Made by a program: the position numbers and the translations under genes
The notes under the pieces: generated by a model
Databases searched by the model: none
What the model was told of the DNA's origin: nothing
What the model saw: only the letters and a program-made list of their open reading frames with translations
Part shown: positions 55,302 through 64,000 of the stretch, in pieces
Layout of the letters: each line of letters opens with the position of its first letter
How positions within the stretch are numbered: position 1 is the stretch's first letter
Source of the DNA: a virus
Virus record (IMG/VR): IMGVR_UViG_3300018476_000013
Location: 14,301 to 78,300 of that record
Direction: 5' to 3' (one strand)
DNA: 64,000 bases

Positions 55302-56236
55302 TGGCAAATGACTTGACAATTACCGATCGTCTGGCTGAAAGGATTTCCGTCCTCAATCCAGATTATCTTCAGCGCATGATCGTGCTGGAGGAGATCGATA
55401 CTGAGCAGATCCTGGCGGACCGTATGCAACGGCTCAAGCAGCTGTGGGCTAAATACGATCCGCCAGCCGCTGCCCAGTATGATGTGGAGATGCTTGAGTT
55501 TGATCCGATCAAGATCAACCAGGAAGCTTGCACCTTCTTTGAATTGCTGTTGCGCGATCGGGTCAATCAGGCTGCGCGATCCATCACATTGGCTTACGCC
55601 ATCGGCACGGACCTGGATGCCATTGCATCCCGTTATCCCGGCGGCGTGCCTCGCCTGCCGGGTGAAACGGATGATCGTTACCGCCGCCGTATCTGGCTTA
55701 GCCCCAACACACTGAGCCCGCATGGCACGGCAGAGGCATATGAATTCTGGGCGCTGTCGGCCTTGCCGGCATTGCGGGATGTCACCGCCATCCGTTCGGT
55801 GCAGCATGATTACTATCCGACGATCCTGATCACCTGTTTGATGGAGTGGGAATACGTTGACCCCAAGCCGACACAAGAAGAATTGGTGTTGATCCGTTCC
55901 TATATTCAAGATTTGTCGCGGATGGGATTGACGGATGTCATCTCAGTCAATCCGCCAAAGGTAATGAACGTCGATTATTCTGTGGCCGTCTGGCTTTATC
56001 CTAGCACTATACCAGATCAGACCATAGCAAAGATCAAATCTAACCTGGAGCAATTGGTCAAGGATCAGTATTGGCTCGGTCATGACCATAACCACACAGC
56101 CATTCATGCCGTCTGCAATCTACCGGGAGTGCATCACGTCGACATCATTGAGCCGGTGACCAATGTAGAAATCGGTCCGGATTGGGTTGTCAAAGTGAAC
56201 AAGATCACTGTGACCATGGCAGGGCGTGCTGTATGA
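55298..56236 (+). CDS. baseplate assembly protein J
   Basis: LRDRVNQAA..AIGTDLD..GETDDRYRRR..AYEFWA. Confidence 0.9.
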   Translation: MMANDLTITDRLAERISVLNPDYLQRMIVLEEIDTEQILADRMQRLKQLWAKYDPPAAAQYDVEMLEFDPIKINQEACTFFELLLRDRVNQAARSITLAYAIGTDLDAIASRYPGGVPRLPGETDDRYRRRIWLSPNTLSPHGTAEAYEFWALSALPALRDVTAIRSVQHDYYPTILITCLMEWEYVDPKPTQEELVLIRSYIQDLSRMGLTDVISVNPPKVMNVDYSVAVWLYPSTIPDQTIAKIKSNLEQLVKDQYWLGHDHNHTAIHAVCNLPGVHHVDIIEPVTNVEIGPDWVVKVNKITVTMAGRAV

Positions 56237-57630
56237 CCGATGAAATCATTACAGCACCTGGCGCCAAGTTAATCTATCGAGCGGCGTCTGGGCTTGAGAA
56301 AGCTATGGCCGATGTGGACGGCGAGCGTCTGATCGGGACTTACGCCGAGATCATCAAAGACCAGTGGAACCCCTACAAGATTTCCTACAACAATCTGCCT
56401 TACCTTGCCTATGCCCAGGGCGCATTGATGTGGGAGCAAGGATGGATTGAAAGCACTCAGCGGGAATGGGTCGCTCGCCAGTTCGAATACAAGTCAATGC
56501 GGGGCACGTTAGCCGGCATTGAGATGGGTCTCGATTTTGCTGGTCGGGATTTCACTGGGGGTTATGAAGTCGAGCAGGCACTCCGCCCGCCGCAATCATT
56601 CTTTGCTTCGCCGTCAATGTCCAAAGAGGCTTACGACTTCTGGATACATCTGATGCCGGAGGTTCGTATTACTTTTCATGAGGGCGTCGGCTGGGATGGT
56701 GTCGATGTTCTGTTTTGCGATGATGGTGGTGCAGGTTGGCACGTTGGTCTTGATGATGGTGAAGCCCTGCATGGCCGCAAAGCATACTTGAGGATCAAAG
56801 GCGTAGACCACCCCCTGCAGATCTATACGTTTACCAAGACCATCAATGGTGTGGCCTCTGTCGATTATGAGCGTGTCGCTATTCCTGGCCTGGCCGGACT
56901 GGCTTACATGCAAGATGATTTCGTCAACGACGAACAATACGTCTGCGCCGAAACGGTGGTGCCGCAACTGGTGACCGTTCGCATTGATGGTAGTTACAGC
57001 CACGAAGAAAGTCAGCTCCATCTGGACACGGTGCTTCCTGGCATGGAACCCATCGATGTTCGCTATGAACGCGATAGCGATATTGGTTGGGGCAATTCAT
57101 TTTTCTTCGCCGGAGACTGGAGCGACAGCCGCAACTTGACGCCACCAGAACCGCCTGAACTTAATCCGCTGATCTATCATCCGACGCCACCCTATAACAC
57201 GATACCAGATCCACCGCCTCCAGTGCCTATCGTGTATTACGCTGACGCCGGATACGACGCTGCACGGATGTTGGCTGATCGGATTTTCTTGCATGACCCC
57301 GACATCGTTGCGAACATCACTGGGGGCATCTCGTTCGTCGGCGTCGATTATGTCAGTTGGCCAGCTTATACTGCTGACCTGATGATAGATCTAAACACAG
57401 AAGATAATTGGCATAGTTGGTTTGCTGACGAAGGTCATCTCAACGACGACAATTATTTTGCTAGCCCAGTTGACCTTGAGGATTTCGATCGAGCGTGTCG
57501 CTCCGTTGTGATGTCGCAAGCATTACGGGACAGGGTTCGTACTGCTTATGATCCGACACGATTGATTGAACTACGCGAACGCGCTTGGACAGAAACCACT
57601 ATTGATCAGCAAGTGATCAACTTGCTCTAG
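56233..57630 (+). CDS. tail protein I (P2 gpI-like, extended)
   Basis: WNP..LPYLA..W..RGT N-terminal domain; follows gpJ. Confidence 0.82.
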   Translation: MTDEIITAPGAKLIYRAASGLEKAMADVDGERLIGTYAEIIKDQWNPYKISYNNLPYLAYAQGALMWEQGWIESTQREWVARQFEYKSMRGTLAGIEMGLDFAGRDFTGGYEVEQALRPPQSFFASPSMSKEAYDFWIHLMPEVRITFHEGVGWDGVDVLFCDDGGAGWHVGLDDGEALHGRKAYLRIKGVDHPLQIYTFTKTINGVASVDYERVAIPGLAGLAYMQDDFVNDEQYVCAETVVPQLVTVRIDGSYSHEESQLHLDTVLPGMEPIDVRYERDSDIGWGNSFFFAGDWSDSRNLTPPEPPELNPLIYHPTPPYNTIPDPPPPVPIVYYADAGYDAARMLADRIFLHDPDIVANITGGISFVGVDYVSWPAYTADLMIDLNTEDNWHSWFADEGHLNDDNYFASPVDLEDFDRACRSVVMSQALRDRVRTAYDPTRLIELRERAWTETTIDQQVINLL

Positions 57631-57642
57631 GAGAGGCACACC

Positions 57643-60009
57643 ATGGAACGTAAGGTCAACATTCAGGACTGGCAGAAGGTCACGGTCGAAGACTTCAACA
57701 ACTTCGGTCTTTTCCCTCGTTCGTCCTTCGACCACATCGTTGTCGATACGCTCATTCCCAGCATGGCGTTCACTGGATTTACCACGGTGCAGACTGCACC
57801 GGCGGTGGTGACCGTGGGCAATGGCCGGCTTTATCACAATGGTCTTGTTTTCTACAACGACAATGAAGGTGGGTCATCCCTTGACCTGCTGAGCGTGCTG
57901 CCAGTGGTCACTCGCCGTTATGTCGGCGTGGTGGTGTGGGGCCAAGAGGTCGAAACGGATACTGAACCGCGTACCTTCCTCACGGACCCTGTGACCCGCG
58001 CCACGGTCGCGCGCGTGGTCTCGACTGAGAACAGGCGGTGGGCGAACATCAGCACGGTGGTTGGTGCTGAAGGTCCTGATCCGCAGCACCCATCCATTGC
58101 ATCCAATACCCTGGCAGTGGCGTGGATCTTGCTTGATAGCACGGGCATCGTTTCTATCGAAATGTCCGAAGAGAATTATGCGCCTAATCTTCTCGACCTA
58201 GATGCGCGGATGAACGAGAACGATGCGTGGCGTTCCCGCACATCCTCGCGCCTTGATACCCTGGCGACTGATATTGCAGCCCTTGCCATCCGTATCAATG
58301 GCACGGCGACAATGCGTTTCGTTATGAAGGTCTGCGCCGACGTTGCTCGTCTGAAAGAGAAGACCGGGCTTCCCGATAATTATACATCCTGGGGTGCTGA
58401 CCACTTCCTGACCGACGATGAGTCTGATATCTTGCATGTCGATTACATGGCCCAGGTCGAGGAGGGCATCCGGTTTCCGTTTGAACAGCAGCGCGATACG
58501 CAGTTCGCCTTGCTCAATCCCCTAGACCCTGCCGTTACCAACCAATCCAATTTCATCCTGCCTGTCTATGATCAAGTGACCAGGTTGGAAGTTCTCGGCA
58601 ACGATAGCGAGCTGTCGATCTCGCAATACCAATTCCAGACAATCAGTTGGGAATTGTGCACTAAGACCCGGACCCGCATTCGTTGGGGCACGGCATTCTA
58701 TGTCTGTCAGAACGGCGCATGGTGGTTTGCTCCATCAGGTAATGACTGGATGACATCCAGCGCAACTGAGCGTGGTGCTGGTTATTGGGGCGGCTTCTCG
58801 GTCAACACCGATTTGATCTATGATCCTGTCCGCAACATCCTGACTCGCGGCAATGAGACCTTCCAGATCCTGGATGTGCAAGATAACCCCGGCCACACCA
58901 TCCTGCGGCTTGTCCAGTTCTGGGTCGATGAAATCGTCGACAGTTATTACTGGCGGCAGATTGTCACCATCGAAGGTTTGCAAGGGTCGGTCGTATCACA
59001 GACCTTCCTGAACTCCCAGGGTGGTTGGCTGACATCGGTCGATATGTTCTTCACTCGCAAAGCTGCATCGGGTGATGTGCACTGCCTGATCTGCGAATGT
59101 AATGCGGCTGGCGCGCCCAATTATGAGCGGACAATCGGCCGTTCGACTTTGCCTGCCGACCTGTTGCGGATAACTCCGAATGGCACGCGGTTTGAATTCC
59201 TTCCGACCTATCTTGCAAAGGGCGGTCGTTATGCCGTTGTGTTGCAGACGGCAGGCAATCACTTCATCAGCCTTGTTCACAATAACAAGTTCGCTCAAGG
59301 CTCCATGTTCACCTCGACCGATGGTGCTTGGTCAATGGGTGACATGACAAAGGACTTCGCGTTCCGGTTACAGTTCGCAAGGTTCAGGAGCAACCGCGTC
59401 TATGCCCAGTTGGCGCCGCTTGAGCTGGGCGGAGGCATTGCCGAGATCGATCTGAACTACGACTCGACACGGCCACCCGGCACCACCATCACTTACGAGG
59501 TGCAGGTCAACGGTGAATGGAAAGCCCTATCGCATTATCACCAGGGCAACCCACTGAATGCCCTGCCGCCATTGCTGCCCTTCCGCGCATTGCTGTCGGG
59601 CACCACCGATGAAATGCCTGGCTTTGGTGTGGCATCGAATAGCCGGTCACTTACCTCTCGGCGTCGTTCTGATTACCGGCACATCTCAACAGCCCGGACA
59701 ATGCCGACACCTGTCAACACAGTCTATGTTGATGTCCGTCTGGAGGCATGGCGAGGCCCTCCCTACCACACTGCCATCGTTCGCCTGTTGACAGGTGCTG
59801 GCTATGTTAATGTGCGGACACCATCCTTGATCGAAGATGAAATCGATCCGGATGATCCGACCACATTGATCCGGCGTTGCACCTGGAATTTGGCGGCTTT
59901 GGGCGGGGCAGCAATCTCTGCCTACAAAGTCAGGATCGAAGGAACAACCGATAACAAGCTGACTGGCTATCTCGTCGGTGAGCGTATCGATATCGGTGTA
60001 TTCATTTAA
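57643..60009 (+). CDS. baseplate/tail structural protein
   Basis: Large ORF in tail module; SQTF..LTSVDMFF. Confidence 0.75.
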   Translation: MERKVNIQDWQKVTVEDFNNFGLFPRSSFDHIVVDTLIPSMAFTGFTTVQTAPAVVTVGNGRLYHNGLVFYNDNEGGSSLDLLSVLPVVTRRYVGVVVWGQEVETDTEPRTFLTDPVTRATVARVVSTENRRWANISTVVGAEGPDPQHPSIASNTLAVAWILLDSTGIVSIEMSEENYAPNLLDLDARMNENDAWRSRTSSRLDTLATDIAALAIRINGTATMRFVMKVCADVARLKEKTGLPDNYTSWGADHFLTDDESDILHVDYMAQVEEGIRFPFEQQRDTQFALLNPLDPAVTNQSNFILPVYDQVTRLEVLGNDSELSISQYQFQTISWELCTKTRTRIRWGTAFYVCQNGAWWFAPSGNDWMTSSATERGAGYWGGFSVNTDLIYDPVRNILTRGNETFQILDVQDNPGHTILRLVQFWVDEIVDSYYWRQIVTIEGLQGSVVSQTFLNSQGGWLTSVDMFFTRKAASGDVHCLICECNAAGAPNYERTIGRSTLPADLLRITPNGTRFEFLPTYLAKGGRYAVVLQTAGNHFISLVHNNKFAQGSMFTSTDGAWSMGDMTKDFAFRLQFARFRSNRVYAQLAPLELGGGIAEIDLNYDSTRPPGTTITYEVQVNGEWKALSHYHQGNPLNALPPLLPFRALLSGTTDEMPGFGVASNSRSLTSRRRSDYRHISTARTMPTPVNTVYVDVRLEAWRGPPYHTAIVRLLTGAGYVNVRTPSLIEDEIDPDDPTTLIRRCTWNLAALGGAAISAYKVRIEGTTDNKLTGYLVGERIDIGVFI

Positions 60010-60020
60010 CGGAGGCCTAC

Positions 60021-60494
60021 ATGTCTACTGATAAATATCCGAACCGCAATGTCAGTGTCCCGTACAGTCGGGCACAGCTTGATGAGGCCCGTTCGCATTT
60101 GGGGACATCCCACCCTGCCACCATGCCATCAGGACCTGAGAGCGGGAATGGTTCGAAAAGGCAAGTGCGTCAAGGTGAATGGGTGGATGATCGGCGCATT
60201 GTGATCGGCGGTCCGTCCTCACCATCTGAAGACAGTCCTCCCGACCTGCCTGGTGTTCGGGAAGTGCCACCCGCTACATATGACCCACTCAAGGTTTACG
60301 AAATCAAGTTGGGCAAGGGCATCGTGTTCTCTGGCCGCATGTTGTCGCCGGGGAAAACCTATCAGATGGTCGGGGCAGCCTGCACAGAGATCAGTGCGGC
60401 AGTCATCGACGCAGTTGTGATCGGCGACATTCCCGCTGACCCCGATACGACACCATCCTCTGCACCGGCCACGAAGCACAAATTCAAAGGTTAA
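60021..60494 (+). CDS. hypothetical protein
   Basis: RBS GGAGG. Confidence 0.65.
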   Translation: MSTDKYPNRNVSVPYSRAQLDEARSHLGTSHPATMPSGPESGNGSKRQVRQGEWVDDRRIVIGGPSSPSEDSPPDLPGVREVPPATYDPLKVYEIKLGKGIVFSGRMLSPGKTYQMVGAACTEISAAVIDAVVIGDIPADPDTTPSSAPATKHKFKG

Positions 60495-60499
60495 GCACC

Positions 60500-62383
60500 A
60501 TGGCGCTAAAACGGCTGGACGAAGAATTCGATCTTAAGCCGGGCACGCAACTGCTTCCGTATATGAAGCGGTTGCTGCCATCGCTGGAAGGCCGCTTCCA
60601 GTCTATTGAACAAGAACAGGATGCTGTTGCTGAAATCACCGAAGAAATTCGGGCAGCAGCATTGTTGCGGATGAATGAAATCCTGATCCCCGCAACCAAG
60701 GACATCATTGCCGTCACCAAGCTTGGCTTCATGCTGGCACCAGTCTCGACGCCATATACGATGGTGATGGGCTACATGACGATGATCGTGGATGAGGGCG
60801 TACAGCGTACCTCGTTCACGCCATCACCTTATGTGATCATCGAACATTCGATTGATGATTACGCCATCGCGCGCGTGGGGTCCTACACTCAAAGCGATGG
60901 CCTGATTGAATTGACCGTGACAGCTATTCACGGCAACCCAGGCCCACATTCAAGCTGGATGATCTCTTCGACGCCAGGCATGGCGGACTCTACCAAGATT
61001 TATCATGACGCCGTCGGCCCGATGCACGATACGGTCGTTGCTGATACTGCACAGGTCATCACGCTACACGCCGAGATCATCGCGGCGGCGCAAGCCCTGG
61101 CCGAGTCAGGCCTGGATGCTTATGCCTTCATCCGCAAAGATGGCACGGTGCCTTTCGAAGCGGTGCAGCGTGGCGTGCATCCGCCGGCAGGTTCAAACGA
61201 TGTCCTGCTTGCAACCACGGCTTGGTCGCGGGCGAGGATGATTGAATACTCGGGTCTGAACGTGACACGGACTGGTGACACCATGACAGGTCACCTGAGC
61301 GTGCCATTGGTGCCGACACAGAACGCCCACGCCACGAGCAAGCAATACGTTGATAACGTCTTGGGTGCCGGCGGTATCATCAATGCCAACCTCACCATCA
61401 GGACATCCAACCCAGCACTGAGGTTGCAGCCCACTGCCACCGGTGAACACCGGATGATTGAGGCGCTGTCGACTGCTGGTGTCCGTCGATGGATCTTGTC
61501 GGTGGCCGACAATACTCCAGATGCAGGCGGCAATACCGGCGCCAATTTTTCGGTGTTACGCTATACCGACACTGGCGTTTATATTGACACGCCACTGCAG
61601 ATCAATCGGCAGAACGGCATCACCTATACCAAGCAATTGAATGTCACTGGTGCTTCAATTGTGAACGGCAATTTTGATGTCATCAATGGAGACATCACGA
61701 CTTACCGGGCTGGTAATTCTAGCACCGGCATCATGTGGATGAATGCCCAGCATTCTGCCTATCATCATTTTGATGGTGGCACGCATGTCTTCGTCGGTGG
61801 TGCGTTGTCATCTAACGGCGGCAACATCTCTGGTGGTCATCTGAATTGCTATAGCATCTACACCAACGGCCATCCGCTTACTGCGTGGGGCATGACCTCG
61901 CACGGCAACATGACCATCAACGGTGCGTTGAATGCTCAGAGCATGCAAGTCAATTCCACCGGCCCGATTATCACTATGTACGACACGGACTGGGGGCCGA
62001 TGCATTTCCACCATCAGAGCGACCTGATTGGTTGGCTTAACAATGGTGGCGGCTGGATCGAATACACGACCAACGCCGGCCACAAGTGGATTGCTCAATA
62101 CGGTTGGCTGCATGATTACGTCAACGGTCGCGCCAGCGCCTACGCGTGGGACGCGGCGAACTATCGCTACAGCCAGTTGGTCAACAGCGTTCGCTGGGTT
62201 CATGCTGGCGACATCGACTTCGGTGCCTGGTGGTATCAATTAGCCGAGATCGGCAATGCCTGCATCACCGGCCTATGGATGGCCACTCCATACTATGGTG
62301 GACCTGGTGTCTACTGCGCACGCTGGCGTCAGTGTCAGCACAACGTCAATGGTGGTTGGTATACTTCAGGATGGGCATCATGA
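60500..62383 (+). CDS. tail fibre protein
   Basis: LATTAW, GDTMTG, ATSKQYVD; aromatic-rich C-terminal tip. Confidence 0.82.
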   Translation: MALKRLDEEFDLKPGTQLLPYMKRLLPSLEGRFQSIEQEQDAVAEITEEIRAAALLRMNEILIPATKDIIAVTKLGFMLAPVSTPYTMVMGYMTMIVDEGVQRTSFTPSPYVIIEHSIDDYAIARVGSYTQSDGLIELTVTAIHGNPGPHSSWMISSTPGMADSTKIYHDAVGPMHDTVVADTAQVITLHAEIIAAAQALAESGLDAYAFIRKDGTVPFEAVQRGVHPPAGSNDVLLATTAWSRARMIEYSGLNVTRTGDTMTGHLSVPLVPTQNAHATSKQYVDNVLGAGGIINANLTIRTSNPALRLQPTATGEHRMIEALSTAGVRRWILSVADNTPDAGGNTGANFSVLRYTDTGVYIDTPLQINRQNGITYTKQLNVTGASIVNGNFDVINGDITTYRAGNSSTGIMWMNAQHSAYHHFDGGTHVFVGGALSSNGGNISGGHLNCYSIYTNGHPLTAWGMTSHGNMTINGALNAQSMQVNSTGPIITMYDTDWGPMHFHHQSDLIGWLNNGGGWIEYTTNAGHKWIAQYGWLHDYVNGRASAYAWDAANYRYSQLVNSVRWVHAGDIDFGAWWYQLAEIGNACITGLWMATPYYGGPGVYCARWRQCQHNVNGGWYTSGWAS

Positions 62384-62829
62384 ATATCATCGATCATGGT
62401 AAGTGGGTCGCTTGCGAAAAGCCAGAGAATTATCCGATCCCCTTGCCTTCTCACATTCTGTTTTCGCGACGTCTTTCTGATGGTGTTGATTGGTATCAGT
62501 TCCGCAAGGAATTGAGCGAAACAAAAGGCCTGTTCATCATTGCGGTGCCGACTGATGATGGTGGTCTTTCAGTCGCCACCACGACCTACGATACATCAGA
62601 ACTGTTTCCGACCGCAGGCATGAGGTTGTTCGAAGTGACTGACCCACCGGCGGACCACGAGTCACTTCGGATGCAACGTATTGACCTCGAGAATAAAAGG
62701 TTCACACCACTGCCTCCACCACCACCAACAATGATGCAAGTCCTTATTGAAGAGCTTGGGTTGGATGAGGCGAAGTTACAAGCCAAACTCGATAGTCTGA
62801 CCAACAATAGGAGCCGCCGACATGGCTGA
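62380..62829 (+). CDS. tail fibre assembly chaperone (putative)
   Basis: NIIDHGKW..LFSRRLSDGVDWY; paralog of 45633-46139. Confidence 0.7.
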   Translation: MNIIDHGKWVACEKPENYPIPLPSHILFSRRLSDGVDWYQFRKELSETKGLFIIAVPTDDGGLSVATTTYDTSELFPTAGMRLFEVTDPPADHESLRMQRIDLENKRFTPLPPPPPTMMQVLIEELGLDEAKLQAKLDSLTNNRSRRHG

Positions 62830-63115
62830 CGTAGCATTCTTTGAGGGGCGTTCGTCAACGCCAATCCCGCCGGCTCACCAGCCGGTCATCACGTCTCCGC
62901 TGCAAGTTTTATCAACGCGGATGGACTGCAATCTCGTCGGCCAAGTAGTTGTGACCCCGATCATTCAAGATCAAAGCGTCGGGGATTATGTCCGAGAGAT
63001 ACGGATCTTCTCCCCGACTTCTACGGGGGCTGAACCTGAATTGATTTTGGCTATCAAGATGCACGCCTTGACGGTCAAGGCGCTAGAAATAATGACCCCC
63101 GCTCACGTGATCTAA
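62822..63115 (+). CDS. hypothetical protein
   Basis: Coupled ORF. Confidence 0.6.
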   Translation: MADVAFFEGRSSTPIPPAHQPVITSPLQVLSTRMDCNLVGQVVVTPIIQDQSVGDYVREIRIFSPTSTGAEPELILAIKMHALTVKALEIMTPAHVI

Positions 63116-63140
63116 AAACTTTCACCAAGGAGAACCAAAG

Positions 63141-64000
63141 ATGTCTGACCCAGTATTCGGCATTAGTATCCGTAGGATTGACGAAGGTGCGCGTCCGGTA
63201 TTGGCCGCGGATCTTTCTACGATTGGGATCATCGGTCCGGCACCTTTGGCCGACCCGACGGCCTATCCCCTCGACACGCCGGTCTTTGTCAATTCCAACG
63301 ACCAGCGGATGACCAAGAAGCTTGGCGAGGCCGGTTATCTGGCTGATGGTGTTCGTGGTGTCAACGATCAGCTCGGTGAGAGCCAGTTCGCTGCCCGCAT
63401 TGTCATCGTGCGGACGGCAGAAGGCACTGATGTCGATCCGGCCATCAAGATGCAGCAAACCATCTCCAACATTGCTGGCAACAGCCTGACCGGCACTGGG
63501 ATGTGGGCTTTCCTGAAATCGTCCTCCAAGCTTGGCTTCACACCCCGCATTATTACGGCGCCGGGTTACACGTCCCAGATGGCCAATGGTGTTGGCTACA
63601 TCGAGCGCACAGCCGCAGGCACTGGCTATGTGCAGGATCATCTTTACCCGGTCGAGTTCTCGGGTGGTGGTCCAGAAGCGGTGCAGGCTACTGGTCATGC
63701 TTATGGCATGTCCAATGGCTCCCTGGGCAGCATCGAGCTGGAAATGCCCGGTGCCTGGTATGATACTCCGCCGACCATCACTGCCCCGCCTCCGGGCTGG
63801 GAAGTGACATCAGCGGCGGTCGCCATTGGTGGCATCGGTTATCAAGTTGGCGAGCAGCTGATGATGCCGAACAACGTCATCCTGATCATCGCGACCATTG
63901 GTGCTGGTGGTGCCGCACTGACCACCACGGTCTCCTCCAAGGGTTTCTTGGTCGGCACTGAAGATCCCTCAGACGTTCCGGAAGCACCACTGCAGACCAC
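63141..64000 (+). CDS. tail sheath protein (5' part, runs off the window)
   Basis: MSDPVFGISIRRIDEGARPV..STIGIIGPAP..YPLDTPV..GFTPRIITAPG; RBS AAGGAG. Confidence 0.88.
   Translation, partial: MSDPVFGISIRRIDEGARPVLAADLSTIGIIGPAPLADPTAYPLDTPVFVNSNDQRMTKKLGEAGYLADGVRGVNDQLGESQFAARIVIVRTAEGTDVDPAIKMQQTISNIAGNSLTGTGMWAFLKSSSKLGFTPRIITAPGYTSQMANGVGYIERTAAGTGYVQDHLYPVEFSGGGPEAVQATGHAYGMSNGSLGSIELEMPGAWYDTPPTITAPPPGWEVTSAAVAIGGIGYQVGEQLMMPNNVILIIATIGAGGAALTTTVSSKGFLVGTEDPSDVPEAPLQT

Larger units (their letters stand above)
1..64000. mobile_element. Bacteriophage genome segment (myovirus-type Caudoviricetes)
   Basis: Contiguous terminase, portal, capsid, baseplate, tail fibre and sheath genes plus phage replication genes; no host housekeeping genes. 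Confidence 0.97.

Noticed and set aside
60500-62383. Diversity-generating retroelement or invertible tail-fibre switch
   Set aside because: No reverse transcriptase, invertase, near-identical template repeat or inverted cassette is seen; the two fibre tips are diverged and in the same orientation
1-64000. tRNA genes, integrase/att site, DNA polymerase
   Set aside because: None recognised by eye; they may lie outside the window, and tRNAscan or HMM searches were not possible

Overview
The whole window is one segment of a tailed dsDNA bacteriophage genome (contractile-tail myovirus type: P2-like baseplate V/W/J/I plus a sheath gene; DUF1073-type portal, DUF2213-type protease, DUF2184-type capsid). 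The PEP-CTERM gene and promoter style suggest an alphaproteobacterial host (inference). Layout: 1-7.4 kb early/accessory genes (PEP-CTERM surface protein, SF1 helicase, HNH, GGCT) driven by a repeated phage promoter motif; 7.4-17.6 kb nucleotide metabolism and DNA modification; 17.9-22.9 kb replication (Cas4-like exonuclease, SSB, primase-polymerase/helicase, probable origin); 22.9-25 kb promoter-ORF-terminator cassettes; 25-64 kb NusG paralog, terminase, head, a ~15 kb fibre/spike block, neck, baseplate, tail fibre and the start of the sheath gene. The best candidate for an undescribed system is an operon joining an asparagine-synthetase-like amidotransferase to a C5-cytosine-methyltransferase homolog. 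Its motif X reads G-K-A instead of G-N-(S/A), the change known to turn C5-MTases into carboxy-SAM-using carboxymethyltransferases, and its ENV motif reads DDL. An amino-MTase and a dCMP-type thymidylate-synthase homolog lie nearby. This suggests a new pyrimidine hypermodification such as 5-carbamoylmethylcytosine (hypothesis). All family calls come from motifs recognised by eye; no database search was run. No tRNA, rRNA, CRISPR array, integrase, DNA polymerase or endolysin was recognised in the window.
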